A stretch of 64,000 nt of DNA. Source: Patescibacteria group bacterium. Its GTDB lineage: Bacteria > Patescibacteriota > Patescibacteriia > SG8-24 > DYFX01. Below, piece by piece: positions 9,627 to 19,030 of the stretch; within the stretch, counting starts at the first letter, position 1; each line of letters opens with the position of its first letter. Below the pieces are notes generated by a model. It was given only the letters and a program-made list of their open reading frames with translations, searched no databases and was not told the DNA's origin. The translations under genes and the position numbers were made by a program. The stretch is taken from contig JBAZZB010000002.1 in NCBI GenBank assembly GCA_041659045.1, positions 21,427 to 85,426 on the forward strand, read 5' to 3'.

Positions 9627-12600
9627 TTACGGAAGATCCGCGCTCGTGATCGGAGCGATGATCGTGTAGTCCGTGAAGAATCCAACCGGCAGGTCATCAA
9701 TCTTCGTGTTCCAGGTCGTGCCGTAGAGACTGATCGCGATGGCTTCAGTCGTCACGTGACGGAGCTGGCCGCCACGAGAAACGACGTACGTTTTCGGATC
9801 GGATTCCACCTTGATCATCCGGCTGCCCGGCTTGTAGGTGACGTTGCCGCCGATCTGGATCGAGGCCATCGTTTCGTCGCTCACGACGGTCACCGTCGAA
9901 AAGTCCGCGTACCACGAGAAGTAGATCTTCTCGTTCGGGAAGACATAGCGCTTACCGTTGGCGCCGCAGTAGTACACGGCGTTCTGGGATGCGGTGCGGA
10001 TCAAGCTCTCGTTGACGCACGGGGTCGAGGACGTCGAGGCAACGATCCCCTTGTCTTCATTGATGCTCGCGCTCGAAATGAAGATCGGAGCGGTTCCGGT
10101 ACCCGAACCGCTGCGCGGAAGGTCGCCGGCGTCAGTACCAAGCAGCATGAACGTCGCGTCGCTCACATCCGTTGCTACGGGTGAACCGAAGTACAGAAGT
10201 TGCGCGCGAAGTTTGGCCGAAAGCACCGTCTTATCCGGAATCGTCCAGAGATACGAACCTGTTCCCGGTGCCGAAGCCACGACTTCATCGCTGTACGTCA
10301 GGCCGTTGTCGGTCGACAAATCGAGACGGACGGTGTGGTTCGAATCACCCTGGTAGCTCCACAGCACGAGCTTCGTCGTTCCAACGTTCAGAACTTCGCC
10401 GCCGTTCGGCGTGCTAAGCGTAATTGCGGGCTGGGGCGCTCCACCGCCACCACCACCGCCGCCACCGCTGGCGACATCGTTGTCGGTCACGGAAGCGGAA
10501 ACGGTGCCGGAAGAAACGGCATCATACTCATCAGTGGACGACGCCGCGTTAACAGCAATCGTGATCGTGGCAGTTTGCGTGCCATCAACACCCGCGTCGT
10601 CAACGCCGGTCACCGTCACTGCTTGAGGCGTGTTCCAGTTCGCGTTCGTGAAGGTGAGCGTCGCGGGCGAAACCGTCGCTTCGGTTGTATCGCCGGAGCT
10701 CACGTTCAAGACAACGTCCGAAATCGGAGTGGCGTTCAGTACAACAGAGAAGGTATCCGTGCTACCGCTCTCGGAAACCGAAGTGGCGCCGGAAGTTTCG
10801 GAGATGCTGATACCCGCCGAGGCCAAGCTGCCTTCAACACGCGCCAGGTTGTTGCGAATGAGGCCATCGACTGACATGAAGGATCCGCCGAAGAGGACGT
10901 TCCCGTCGGTTTGAATCTTCATGGCGTATACGACGAAGTTGGCGCCGGTACCAGGATCGAATCCCGTATCAACCGAACCGTCCGCGTTCAAACGCGCCAC
11001 GGCACCGCGGGAGGTTCCGTTTACCGAGGTGAACACACCGCCAATTGAAAGTTTGTTGTCTGCGGAGGAGGCAACGGCGTACACCGATGAGCTAGCACCG
11101 GTACCGGGATCAAACGTCGTATCGAGCGTGCCGTTCGCATTCATACGAGCGACGAAGTTGCGAGAAGTGCCGTTCACGGAGGTGAAATCACCGCCCAGCA
11201 CGACCTTGCCGTCCAGCTGAAGATCAACTGCATTCACCGCACCGTTCGCGCCGGTGCCGGGGTCAAACGAGGTATCAAGCGAACCGTCCGCGTTCAAACG
11301 GGCAATGTGGTTACGCGCAACGCCGTCAGCAGTCGTAAATTCGCCACCGACGGCAATCGTACCGTCAGAGTGAACGCGCAACGCGAGAACGCGACCGTTG
11401 AAGCCAGCGCCCGGATCGAACGTCGCGTCGAGCGTGCCATCGGTATTCAAGCGCGCGATGGAGAAACGTGTAGTACCGTCAAAGACGGTGAAATCGCCGC
11501 CGATCACAAGCTTGCCGTCGGACTGAAGCGCCGAAGTATACACGCCGAGGTTCGCGCCGGTACCGGGGTCGAAATCGGTATCCAAACTTCCGTCCGCGTT
11601 CAGGCGAGCGACTTTGTTGCGGCTCACGCCGGCAACCTGGGAAAACTCACCCACGATCAACACATCACCGTTCGACAAGGCGTGTACTTTACGCACAGTG
11701 CCATTCGCTCCGACACTTGCATCAAAAGCCGCATCAAGAGTGCCGTCTGCGTTCAGACGAGCAACGCGATTGCGTGCGACACCGCTCACGGCGCGGAATT
11801 CTCCACCAATCAGCACATCGCCGTCGGCTTGCTGGTCAATGGCCCAGAGGTAGCTGTTCGGACCAGATCCGTCATAACTCGTAAAGCTGCCAGCCAACAC
11901 AATCTTGCCATCCCCTTGAACGAGAATCGCGCTGACCGTGCTGTTTGTGCCATTACCGGCATCGTACGTCGTATCAAGAGCACCCGTCGCTTCCAACCGG
12001 AAAATGTTGGCTTGCAGAGTACCAGTGACGCTGGAGAAGTTGCCGCCAACGAGAATCTTGCCATCAGCTTGCAGAGCAATAGCGTTTCCGCCGCCGTTGT
12101 TTGCCGGGGGCACAAATGTCGCGTCGACTGCTCCGGTGGTCTCAAGGCGAGCAACGCTCGGACGTGACGCACCGTTGAAGTTTATGAATGAGCCCGTGAT
12201 GACAATCTTTTGGTCGGGCTGAATGACGAGGCCGTTTACGCCTCCATTGCCTCCTGTACCGATGTCGAACGTCTCATCCAGTACGCCCGTCGTTTCAAGA
12301 CGAGCGACGCGGTTGCGTGAAACGCCGCCGACGTTCGAAAAGTCGCCGCCGATGACGATTTTGCCGTCGGTCTGAATCCCGAGCGCGTAGATGCTGTTGT
12401 TCGGACCGTCCGCCGGATCGAAGGTCTCGTCGAGCAAGCCGTTCGTTTCCAAACGAGCGACGCGATTGCGCGTCGTGTCGTTAAAGGAGGTGAAACTGCC
12501 GGCAATCACGATTTTGTTGTCGGACTGCAAAGCGATTTTGTAGACACCGCCGTTGGCGGCCGTTCCCGTTGCGTTGAACGTCGCGTCGATCGTGCCGTCG

Positions 12601-13043
12601 GCTTCGAGACGCGTGAGGCGGTTCACCGACGTGCCGTTAAACGTCGTAAACGTTCCGCCGACAACAATCTTGTCGTCCGACTGAATCGCGATTGCCATGA
12701 CAGCGCTGTCCGCGCCCGTACCAGGATCAAACGTCGCGTCGAACGAACCGTCGGCATTCAAACGGGCAATACGGTTGCGCGTCGTGCCGTTCACAGACGT
12801 GAAGTGTCCAGCAACGATCACTTTGCCGTCGGACTGGGTGCCTACAGCTACAACGTTGCTGTTTGCGCCGGTACCGGGGTTGAAGCCCGCGTCGACAGTG
12901 CCGTTCGCTTCCGTACGAACGACGCGGTTGTATGCCGTGCTCGCGTTAAAGGTAAGATCAACATCGCCAGGGGCGGCGAAAGCCGGAACTGCGGCGCTCA
13001 GCATCGAAAGGCAGAGCAAGGCCGCCAAAACGGACTTTTTCAT
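9627..13043 (-). CDS. giant secreted repeat protein: ~19 delta-60-like beta-propeller repeats, poly-Gly hinge, C-terminal conserved ~110-aa module
   Basis: Signal peptide MKKSVLAALLCLSMLSAAVPAFA. About 50-aa units (RNxxARLNADGSLDTSFDPGTGANGAVNAVxLQxDGKxVxGGxFTSVNGTSRN) repeat roughly 19 times (cf. delta-60 repeat TIGR02608). G10 run, Thr/Ser-rich segment, and the C-terminal module YYCGANGKRYVFPNEKIYFSWY…IGGNVTYKPGSRMIKVESDPKTY… shared with three other proteins in this window. Confidence 0.85.
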   Translation of the reverse strand: MKKSVLAALLCLSMLSAAVPAFAAPGDVDLTFNASTAYNRVVRTEANGTVDAGFNPGTGANSNVVAVGTQSDGKVIVAGHFTSVNGTTRNRIARLNADGSFDATFDPGTGADSAVMAIAIQSDDKIVVGGTFTTFNGTSVNRLTRLEADGTIDATFNATGTAANGGVYKIALQSDNKIVIAGSFTSFNDTTRNRVARLETNGLLDETFDPADGPNNSIYALGIQTDGKIVIGGDFSNVGGVSRNRVARLETTGVLDETFDIGTGGNGGVNGLVIQPDQKIVITGSFINFNGASRPSVARLETTGAVDATFVPPANNGGGNAIALQADGKILVGGNFSSVTGTLQANIFRLEATGALDTTYDAGNGTNSTVSAILVQGDGKIVLAGSFTSYDGSGPNSYLWAIDQQADGDVLIGGEFRAVSGVARNRVARLNADGTLDAAFDASVGANGTVRKVHALSNGDVLIVGEFSQVAGVSRNKVARLNADGSLDTDFDPGTGANLGVYTSALQSDGKLVIGGDFTVFDGTTRFSIARLNTDGTLDATFDPGAGFNGRVLALRVHSDGTIAVGGEFTTADGVARNHIARLNADGSLDTSFDPGTGANGAVNAVDLQLDGKVVLGGDFTSVNGTSRNFVARMNANGTLDTTFDPGTGASSSVYAVASSADNKLSIGGVFTSVNGTSRGAVARLNADGSVDTGFDPGTGANFVVYAMKIQTDGNVLFGGSFMSVDGLIRNNLARVEGSLASAGISISETSGATSVSESGSTDTFSVVLNATPISDVVLNVSSGDTTEATVSPATLTFTNANWNTPQAVTVTGVDDAGVDGTQTATITIAVNAASSTDEYDAVSSGTVSASVTDNDVASGGGGGGGGGAPQPAITLSTPNGGEVLNVGTTKLVLWSYQGDSNHTVRLDLSTDNGLTYSDEVVASAPGTGSYLWTIPDKTVLSAKLRAQLLYFGSPVATDVSDATFMLLGTDAGDLPRSGSGTGTAPIFISSASINEDKGIVASTSSTPCVNESLIRTASQNAVYYCGANGKRYVFPNEKIYFSWYADFSTVTVVSDETMASIQIGGNVTYKPGSRMIKVESDPKTYVVSRGGQLRHVTTEAIAISLYGTTWNTKIDDLPVGFFTDYTIIAPITSADLP

Positions 13044-13141
13044 ACGTAAAAGGAATTTTTTCCTTTAATAACTGTTGAAAAGTAGCAGAGTTCGCTCAAA
13101 ATGTCAAAGGTCAAAAAGACCCCACTTTCGTGAGGTCTTTA

Positions 13142-13216
13142 TGGTGCGGGCGAAGGGAATCGAACCCCTATCACTGGTTCCGAAGACCAGCGCTCTATCC
13201 GTTGAGCTACGCCCGC
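13142..13216 (-). tRNA. tRNA-Arg (anticodon TCG), CCA encoded
   Basis: Reverse complement: acceptor GCGGGCG/CGCCCGC, D-arm TAGCTCAACGGATAGAGC, anticodon stem CTGGT/ACCAG with loop CTTCGGA, T-arm GGGGTTCGATTCCC, then ACCA. A hairpin plus T-run terminator follows at ~13108..13140. Confidence 0.8.
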
Positions 13217-13319
13217 AGACCGTTCGAGTGTAGAAGAAAACGCCCTTTCTTTCAAGGTGGCTGCCTTGACATGACACGGCTTTGTATCGACAATACGCTC
13301 ATCGCACCTGGAGGACACG

Positions 13320-13940
13320 ATGTTCAATCCGTTGAAGTGGTTACAGAACCGCCGGTCGAAACGCTCGGGCGCCAAGGCTCCGCAGGCGCCGAAGACGCGC
13401 CTCGAGTACTTCATCAATAGGCTTCCGCCGCCGAAGTTGCTTCCATCCGATCAGTCGCTCGGGCTCGTGAGGCGAAGCGCCAGTCAATGCCAGATCTTGC
13501 CCTGCGCGCATCCCGAGATGCCTCGAGCGGTCACGTATCAGGTCTACGGCGTCGAGTTCCGCTTCCCACTCGTGGCGCGCTGCAGCGACTGCACGCAAAC
13601 GCTGTTCGAGATCCTTTTCGAACGCTGCGCGGCCTGCGGCCTCGGCATCCCGCTCACGCAACAGGTCGCGATCGCCTGGGTTGGAGCGCCGCACCCGTAC
13701 ACGCACCTTGCCTGCGCGGAAGTCTCTACACTCTTCTGCGGCCTGTGGGGCTGGGGTCAGCTCGTGCCGCTCAACGACATCGGCGATCAGTTCAACCCCG
13801 GCGTCGCAACCGTGATGCAGGATTCGCTCATCGACCAGCACCGCGAGTTCAGCGCTGATCCGAGCGCGAACGACAACGCCGACGAGACGCAGGACGATGA
13901 CACGCCTCCGGACGGCACGCCGAAGCCCGGCACCAACTAG
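13320..13940 (+). CDS. Cys-rich hypothetical protein (206 aa)
   Basis: GGAGG RBS 5 nt before the ATG. Ten Cys (CQILPC…CSDCTQ…CAACG…LACAEVSTLFCGLWGW) and an acidic C-terminal tail. The overlapping minus-strand ORF 13341..13841 is R/A-rich shadow. Confidence 0.6.
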   Translation: MFNPLKWLQNRRSKRSGAKAPQAPKTRLEYFINRLPPPKLLPSDQSLGLVRRSASQCQILPCAHPEMPRAVTYQVYGVEFRFPLVARCSDCTQTLFEILFERCAACGLGIPLTQQVAIAWVGAPHPYTHLACAEVSTLFCGLWGWGQLVPLNDIGDQFNPGVATVMQDSLIDQHREFSADPSANDNADETQDDDTPPDGTPKPGTN

Positions 13941-13953
13941 CAGCTTTTCATGA

Positions 13954-13980
13954 GCTGCTTTTTTTCATACCGAAAACCCG
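13954..13980 (+). terminator. rho-independent terminator
   Basis: AACCCGCCGAAGCGGGTTT hairpin followed by ACTTTTG. Confidence 0.5.
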
Positions 13981-13991
13981 CCGAAGCGGGT

Positions 13992-15035
13992 TTACTTTTG
14001 CGCGTCCGCTGATGAGATCAAGTAATTCTCAGCGACTTCTTCGGTGAGGAGGCCTTCTTTGACGAGGCGTTTCAAGTCTTGCGCGTAGGAGGTCATGCCG
14101 ATCGCGGCGCCTGTTTGAATGACGTTCTTGATTTGTTCCACTTTATTCTCGCGAATCAGGTTGGCGCAGGCGGGTGTATTCACCAGGATTTCGCGCGTCG
14201 CAACCAAACCGCCGCCGAGACGCGGCAAGAGCTGTTGCGAAATGACACCGCGCAGCGTCATCGCGAGCTGCAAGCGAATTTGCGTCTGCTGGTGCGGCGG
14301 GAAAACGTCGATGATACGTGAGACCGTTTGCGGCGCGTTGAAGGTGTGGAGCGTGGCGAAAACGAGGTGACCGGTTTCAGCCAAGGTCAGCGTGGTCGCG
14401 ATGGTATCGAGGTCGCGCATTTCGCCGACCATGACGACGTCCGGGTCTTGTCGCAGCACGTGCTTCAAACCTTCGGCGAACGACACCATGTCGCTCTCAA
14501 GCTGGCGCTGGCGGATGATGCTCTGCTTCGGTTCGAACAGGAATTCGACCGGATCTTCCAGCGTGATGATGTTGAGACGGCGCTTGGAATTGATGTCGTC
14601 GATCATCGCCGCGAGCGTCGTCGACTTACCGGCGCTAGTCGGTCCGGTGACGAGAATGAGTCCGTGCGTCAATTCGGTGAACCCTTGCACGACCGTCGGC
14701 AGCTCGAGCTGATCCATCGTCGGAATCACCTGCGGAATGGTACGCGCGGCCAAGCTGATGTGTCCTTTCTCCCACGAAAGGTTCACGCGGAAACGCGTGC
14801 CTTCGTTTGAAAAGGCCATGTCGAATTCCTTTTCGATGCGGAACCGCTCGAACTGTTGCGGCGTCACGATTTGGCTCAAAATCTTCTCCATCGAGGCGTC
14901 CGTTAGGACTTCCTCTTTATCGAGATCGTACAAATCACCAGAGACGCGCAAAACCGGCCGGTGACCGACGATTAAGTGCAAGTCTGACGCGTTTTTTTCA
15001 GCGGCTGTACCGAAGAGCGACTGTGCAGTGAGCAT
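13992..15035 (-). CDS. pilT: type IV pilus retraction ATPase PilT
   Basis: MLTAQSLFGTAAEKNASDLHL…Walker A GPTSAGKSTT, Asp box and His box (RQDPDVVMVGEMRD…ATLHT). The ORF-track start at 15089 (TTG) runs through the rnc terminator hairpin; the ATG at 15033-15035 is the likely start. Confidence 0.9.
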   Translation of the reverse strand: MLTAQSLFGTAAEKNASDLHLIVGHRPVLRVSGDLYDLDKEEVLTDASMEKILSQIVTPQQFERFRIEKEFDMAFSNEGTRFRVNLSWEKGHISLAARTIPQVIPTMDQLELPTVVQGFTELTHGLILVTGPTSAGKSTTLAAMIDDINSKRRLNIITLEDPVEFLFEPKQSIIRQRQLESDMVSFAEGLKHVLRQDPDVVMVGEMRDLDTIATTLTLAETGHLVFATLHTFNAPQTVSRIIDVFPPHQQTQIRLQLAMTLRGVISQQLLPRLGGGLVATREILVNTPACANLIRENKVEQIKNVIQTGAAIGMTSYAQDLKRLVKEGLLTEEVAENYLISSADAQK

Positions 15036-15061
15036 AATGCTTTCAGTATACACGAAAACGA

Positions 15062-15086
15062 AAAGAGCCGGGATGCCCGGCTCTAC
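15062..15086 (-). terminator. rnc terminator (stop codon inside the stem)
   Basis: Perfect palindrome GAGCCGGG-CAT-CCCGGCTC followed by TTTTCGTTTTCG on the minus strand; the rnc TAG lies within the stem. Confidence 0.6.
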
Positions 15087-15775
15087 CAACCCTTCGCTTC
15101 AAGCGCTTTTCTAGCGGCTTCAATTTGCGCGTCCTGCTTGGAAGAACCTTTACCCGAAGCGACGAGTTCGGAACCGAGATACACGCCGACTTCGAATTCC
15201 TTGGCGTGGTCGGGGCCGACTTCGGAGAGCACTTTGTAGTTCGGGGTGACGCCGGCGGTTTCCTGCGAGGCTTCCTGAAAACGGCTTTTCGGATCGACGT
15301 AGAGTTTGTGCTCGAGAATATGTTCGAGCTTCGAAAGCACGAAGCGCCCGATAAACTCGCTGACAACTTCCCAGCCGCGATCGAGATACATCGAACCGAT
15401 CAACGCTTCGATAGCATTGGCGAGAATGTACTGACGCGCTTTTGAACCCGCGTCTTTCGCTTCGCCGCGCGAGAGATACAGGTACTCGTCCATGCCAAGA
15501 TCATCCTGTGCAATCAGGGCGAGCGTGTTGGCGTTTACCAGCGAGGCGCGCCAGTTGGTGAGCTCCCCTTCCGGGTTCTCGTACCGCTTGTACAAATATT
15601 CCGTCACGACGAGTTCGATGACGGCGTCGCCGAGGAATTCCAAACGTTCGTTGTGGCCGAGGTGGAAATCGGGGTGCTCGTTCAGATACGAACGATGCAC
15701 AAAGGCCTGAACGAGAAGATCCTTGTTGACGAACTGCACGCCGATCTTCTCCTCGAATTTCGAGAAGTCTTTCAT
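15083..15775 (-). CDS. rnc: ribonuclease III
   Basis: RNase III signature NERLEFLGDAVIELVVTEYLY plus a C-terminal dsRBD; 230 aa. Confidence 0.9.
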   Translation of the reverse strand: MKDFSKFEEKIGVQFVNKDLLVQAFVHRSYLNEHPDFHLGHNERLEFLGDAVIELVVTEYLYKRYENPEGELTNWRASLVNANTLALIAQDDLGMDEYLYLSRGEAKDAGSKARQYILANAIEALIGSMYLDRGWEVVSEFIGRFVLSKLEHILEHKLYVDPKSRFQEASQETAGVTPNYKVLSEVGPDHAKEFEVGVYLGSELVASGKGSSKQDAQIEAARKALEAKGW

Positions 15776-15880
15776 GTTGCGCTTTTGCGCCTTTCAGTCG
15801 CGGCACATGCCGGGAGCCGGACGTCGCTTGCGAGCGACATTCCGAGCGGCAGGTATCGCGGCTGAAACGCTGATCAATGA

Positions 15881-16390
15881 TTATGTTTCTTCCGGCGGAG
15901 AAGGTTTTTCCTTCTCGTCCTCTTCACTCTCTTTCTTTTTCGGTTCCTGCTTGTCGACTTCCTTGATAGAGCCTGCCGCGATCATGTCTTTGAAGATCGC
16001 GCCGAGGACGCCGTTTACGAACTTACCGGACGACTCGCCGCCGTACGTCTTGGCGAGCTCGATGGCTTCGTTGATCGCGACCTTCGACGGAACGTTCTCC
16101 GAATGCTTGAGTTCAAAAACGCCGATCCGAAGAATATTCCGATCGACGATCGTGATCTGCGCGAGCGGCCACGCAGGAGCATACTTTGTGATGATCGCGT
16201 CGATGTCCTTTTGATGCTTGAGCACGCCGTCAACGAGTTCCTTGGAGAACCCCTTGTCGTCAAGACCGGGCGCGAACTCTTCTAAGTTGCGATCGGTCAG
16301 CGCAGTCATATCCTCGACCTTTCCATCATGAAAATCGCGTTCGTAAAGCGATTGCATGGCGACGGTTCGGGCGAGATGTCGATTCGACAT
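15881..16390 (-). CDS. nusB: transcription antitermination factor NusB
   Basis: [20 protein letters not shown]… NusB fold with a C-terminal Lys/Glu-rich tail. The ATG at 16388-16390 is chosen over the longer ORF-track start at 16516. Confidence 0.85.
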   Translation of the reverse strand: MSNRHLARTVAMQSLYERDFHDGKVEDMTALTDRNLEEFAPGLDDKGFSKELVDGVLKHQKDIDAIITKYAPAWPLAQITIVDRNILRIGVFELKHSENVPSKVAINEAIELAKTYGGESSGKFVNGVLGAIFKDMIAAGSIKEVDKQEPKKKESEEDEKEKPSPPEET

Positions 16391-16425
16391 AAAAGGGCGG
16401 GCTAACGTTCTTCCTCCAAAGAATG

Positions 16426-16611
16426 TTATTTCGAGGCTTTGGCCTTCGTCACTTGGCGACCCTTGTAGGTGCCGCAGAATGCGCAGGCTTTGTGAGGCTG
16501 AACCGGCTTTTTGCACTTTTCGCAGACGGCAAGTTGCTTCTTGTCGAGAGCAAAATGCGAGGCGCGGCGGCGTTTATGCGAGCTAGTCCGGCGATGTCCG
16601 GGAAGACCCAT
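16426..16611 (-). CDS. rpmF: 50S ribosomal protein L32
   Basis: [54 protein letters not shown], a zinc-ribbon L32. The long N-terminal extension in the ORF track (to 17178) is R-rich junk. Confidence 0.85.
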   Translation of the reverse strand: MGLPGHRRTSSHKRRRASHFALDKKQLAVCEKCKKPVQPHKACAFCGTYKGRQVTKAKASK

Positions 16612-16639
16612 ATCTAGAATATCACTTAAAGGTAGACAC

Positions 16640-16668
16640 AGTATAGCGAGAAGCGTTGTGTTTGGCAA
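16640..16668 (-). promoter_or_regulatory. sigma70-like promoter for rpmF
   Basis: Minus strand: TTGCCA, 17 nt, TATACT, about 25 nt upstream of the rpmF ATG. Confidence 0.45.
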
Positions 16669-16704
16669 GAGCGGCCGGTTGACGCGGCCTTCATTCGGCC
16701 TTTC

Positions 16705-16739
16705 CGGACAAAAAAAGACCCCCCGACGCCGTCGGAGGA
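16705..16739 (-). terminator. terminator after the lipid kinase gene
   Basis: Minus-strand CCUCCGAC-GGC-GUCGGGGG hairpin followed by a U7 run. Confidence 0.5.
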
Positions 16740-17780
16740 TCAGGATCTGATGAATTCGAGCGTCGGCCCGCGTTCGATCGTGAGCGAGGTACCGACCTTT
16801 TCGGCGGAGTACATCTCGCCGTCGATCATGAGCGCGGTCGGCTCTTTGAAGCGCAGGACAACCTTGGTGACGACCTCGCTCATGGAGTTGCCCATGATCG
16901 GGGCGCCAAGGAACATGTTGGGCGCGTTGAACAGTGTGCGCACAATGCCCATGCGCGAAAGAACGGCGTGAAAGTGATCCGGTTCTTCGAGCGCGCGGTA
17001 CGTCAGCTTGCAGCCGAGACCGATTTGCTCGACAGACGACATCACGATGCCGGCGAAGCGATCGTCGCCTTCGACGACCAGTGTGTCGTCTCTCCAGAGC
17101 TCGTAGCGCATCGGATAGCGATGCGCGAGCGAGCGGCGACGCCACGGCGGCAAGAACCGCGCGACTTCGTTCCAGCACGACCAGATCACGGTTTGTAGCG
17201 CTCGCCAGAAACCGCGCGGAGGTTCGTGCTGATAGTAGCGCTCGAGAAAGCGCACGGGCAGACCGAGTCCGACGATGAAGCCATGCTCGAGAAAACCGTG
17301 CGCGCCGCTGATCTTCAGCACGTCGCGATGGATGATATCGAGCGGGCGACCGCGGCGGATCTTCTCGAAAACCTTGTTGCGACCCTTGTCGGGATCGGAA
17401 CCGAGGAGTTCGAGTGCGCCACGGACGGCGTTCACCGTACCAGCGCCAAGAATCATGATCATCGGCACGGACGTGCCCGCGGCGACGAACTTCTTGATGA
17501 TGCGATCGATCGTCTTCTGCGCCGTGCCGTCTCCCCCGATGACGATGATCATCTTCGGAGGATTCGGCACCATCTCGTCGATCACGCGATCGAGATGCCC
17601 CAGGTCTTTCGTCTCGCGGTGGCGGACTTCGACCTCGGAACCTGACAGCAGGAAGACTTCCTCAAGCTTCGTCAGCGTATCGGCGGCGATCGTACGATTC
17701 TTGCCTTTGCCGGCATTCGGGTTCGAGAGCACATCGATGCGATCGACGGGTTTCCGCCTCAAGCGTGGGAATCTGGACAC
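16740..17780 (-). CDS. DAGK-catalytic-domain lipid kinase (YegS/DgkA-like)
   Basis: GTG start at 17778-17780 with GGAGG RBS and a 5-nt spacer. NPNAGKGK…IIVIGGDGT… are diacylglycerol-kinase catalytic motifs. The upstream part of ORF 16740..17993 is spurious. Confidence 0.75.
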   Translation of the reverse strand: MSRFPRLRRKPVDRIDVLSNPNAGKGKNRTIAADTLTKLEEVFLLSGSEVEVRHRETKDLGHLDRVIDEMVPNPPKMIIVIGGDGTAQKTIDRIIKKFVAAGTSVPMIMILGAGTVNAVRGALELLGSDPDKGRNKVFEKIRRGRPLDIIHRDVLKISGAHGFLEHGFIVGLGLPVRFLERYYQHEPPRGFWRALQTVIWSCWNEVARFLPPWRRRSLAHRYPMRYELWRDDTLVVEGDDRFAGIVMSSVEQIGLGCKLTYRALEEPDHFHAVLSRMGIVRTLFNAPNMFLGAPIMGNSMSEVVTKVVLRFKEPTALMIDGEMYSAEKVGTSLTIERGPTLEFIRS

Positions 17781-17895
17781 GGTGTCCTCCTTCTGCGGGA
17801 AGTTCCTTTGGGACGCGCTTACCCTAGAAGAAAAAAGCCCGTCTCGCAAGCCTCGTCGTTTGGAACGACTGGCTGCGTGACGGGCTCTGGCGCGC

Positions 17896-18156
17896 TCAAA
17901 CCTGACCGGCAAAGAACAGAACGCATCGCGTGCGCGATGAGGGAAGCTTTGACGGATCAGCGTCGATGCTTCCTTGCCGCAGGATACCGACAATCTTTCG
18001 CGAGAATTCTTCGATGATCAGATACGAGTCGTCGCTCTTGACCTTCGAGGCGTCGAGATGCTCGATTCCTAAGTTGTACCGGGCATCAACGGTCAGGAAC
18101 ATCGTAAGCGGGCTTCGACCAAGGCTGTAGGCCCAGTTCGAAAGCTGCTGAAACAT
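17896..18156 (-). CDS. small hypothetical protein (~86 aa)
   Basis: ORF 17896..18264 with the internal ATG at 18154-18156 just after the stop of the upstream gene. No recognisable domain; it fills a 390-nt gap. Confidence 0.3.
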   Translation of the reverse strand: MFQQLSNWAYSLGRSPLTMFLTVDARYNLGIEHLDASKVKSDDSYLIIEEFSRKIVGILRQGSIDADPSKLPSSRTRCVLFFAGQV

Positions 18157-18172
18157 CCCTTCCAAGACGCGT

Positions 18173-19030
18173 TCACTGACCGCCAGAAGAGCGGTCGACG
18201 GCTTTTTCGGCTTGTGCATCGCCTCCGCCCTTTCCCGGAGCTGGCGCGCTCCGCGTAATCGCATCGTACGCGATCCAGATCAGAATAAGCCAGTACCAGA
18301 TATTCGAGATCACGCTTAGGTTCAGTCCAGCGGCACTCAGGAGCGCGTTAAGCGCGATCGGTCCTGTCGCGGCATAGGCCGAGGCCACGAGCGCGCGTTT
18401 CCACGGCCAGGTGCGTTTACCAATCTTGAGCGCGAGCCACAAGACGAAGCCGTGAAGCGCGACGCTCAAGAGGAAGCCGATCCAGATCGCGCCGAAGACG
18501 GCGATCGACATCAAGATTGCGCCAAGGAACAGCGCGAGCGGCGTCCAGCGTGCGATCGACTCGAGCATGTTCTCGCGCGTCCATCGGAAATCCGGAGCAC
18601 TAGCGAACGACATCTTTTGTTCGCGAAGAGGATCGCGTTGCAGGACGCCGGAAGCGCTCACGATGAGGCCGCTCTCCCCTTCTTGCAAGGCAAGCGTGCT
18701 CGAAGCGTTGTTGACGATGACTTTGAATTCCTTGTCGCCGAAGACGAGCGGTTCGGAAAGCGTGTTGGAGAAGGCACCCTTCTTCATTTCGAAGATGGTG
18801 CCGGCCGGCACGTGCACGCGCAAGCCTTCCATGAGCGACTTCGTAGCACGACTCGCGTCAACGAAGAAAACGATCACGAACGGCAGCGTCCAGAGGAACA
18901 CCGACAGGAGCGCAAGGTGCGCCACAGCCTCGCCGGGCTTGCGCTCGTCGAGGCGGCGATAAAAATCCGTGCGGGTCGCGGCAGCGACAGCCGTGTTGAT
19001 CCAGTGGCGAAGCCAGGCGAAGAAACGCAT
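18173..19030 (-). CDS. multi-pass membrane protein (hypothetical)
   Basis: 285 aa with several hydrophobic helices. Its ATG overlaps the gyrA stop (TAATG), implying translational coupling. Confidence 0.6.
   Translation of the reverse strand: MRFFAWLRHWINTAVAAATRTDFYRRLDERKPGEAVAHLALLSVFLWTLPFVIVFFVDASRATKSLMEGLRVHVPAGTIFEMKKGAFSNTLSEPLVFGDKEFKVIVNNASSTLALQEGESGLIVSASGVLQRDPLREQKMSFASAPDFRWTRENMLESIARWTPLALFLGAILMSIAVFGAIWIGFLLSVALHGFVLWLALKIGKRTWPWKRALVASAYAATGPIALNALLSAAGLNLSVISNIWYWLILIWIAYDAITRSAPAPGKGGGDAQAEKAVDRSSGGQ

Noticed and set aside
15036-15089. TTG-initiated N-terminal extension of pilT
   Set aside because: Runs through the rnc terminator palindrome. PilT homologs start at MLTAQSLFG…
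16612-17178. N-terminal 190-codon extension of the rpmF ORF
   Set aside because: R-rich junk overlapping the lipid-kinase gene. L32 starts at the ATG at 16609-16611, downstream of a good promoter.
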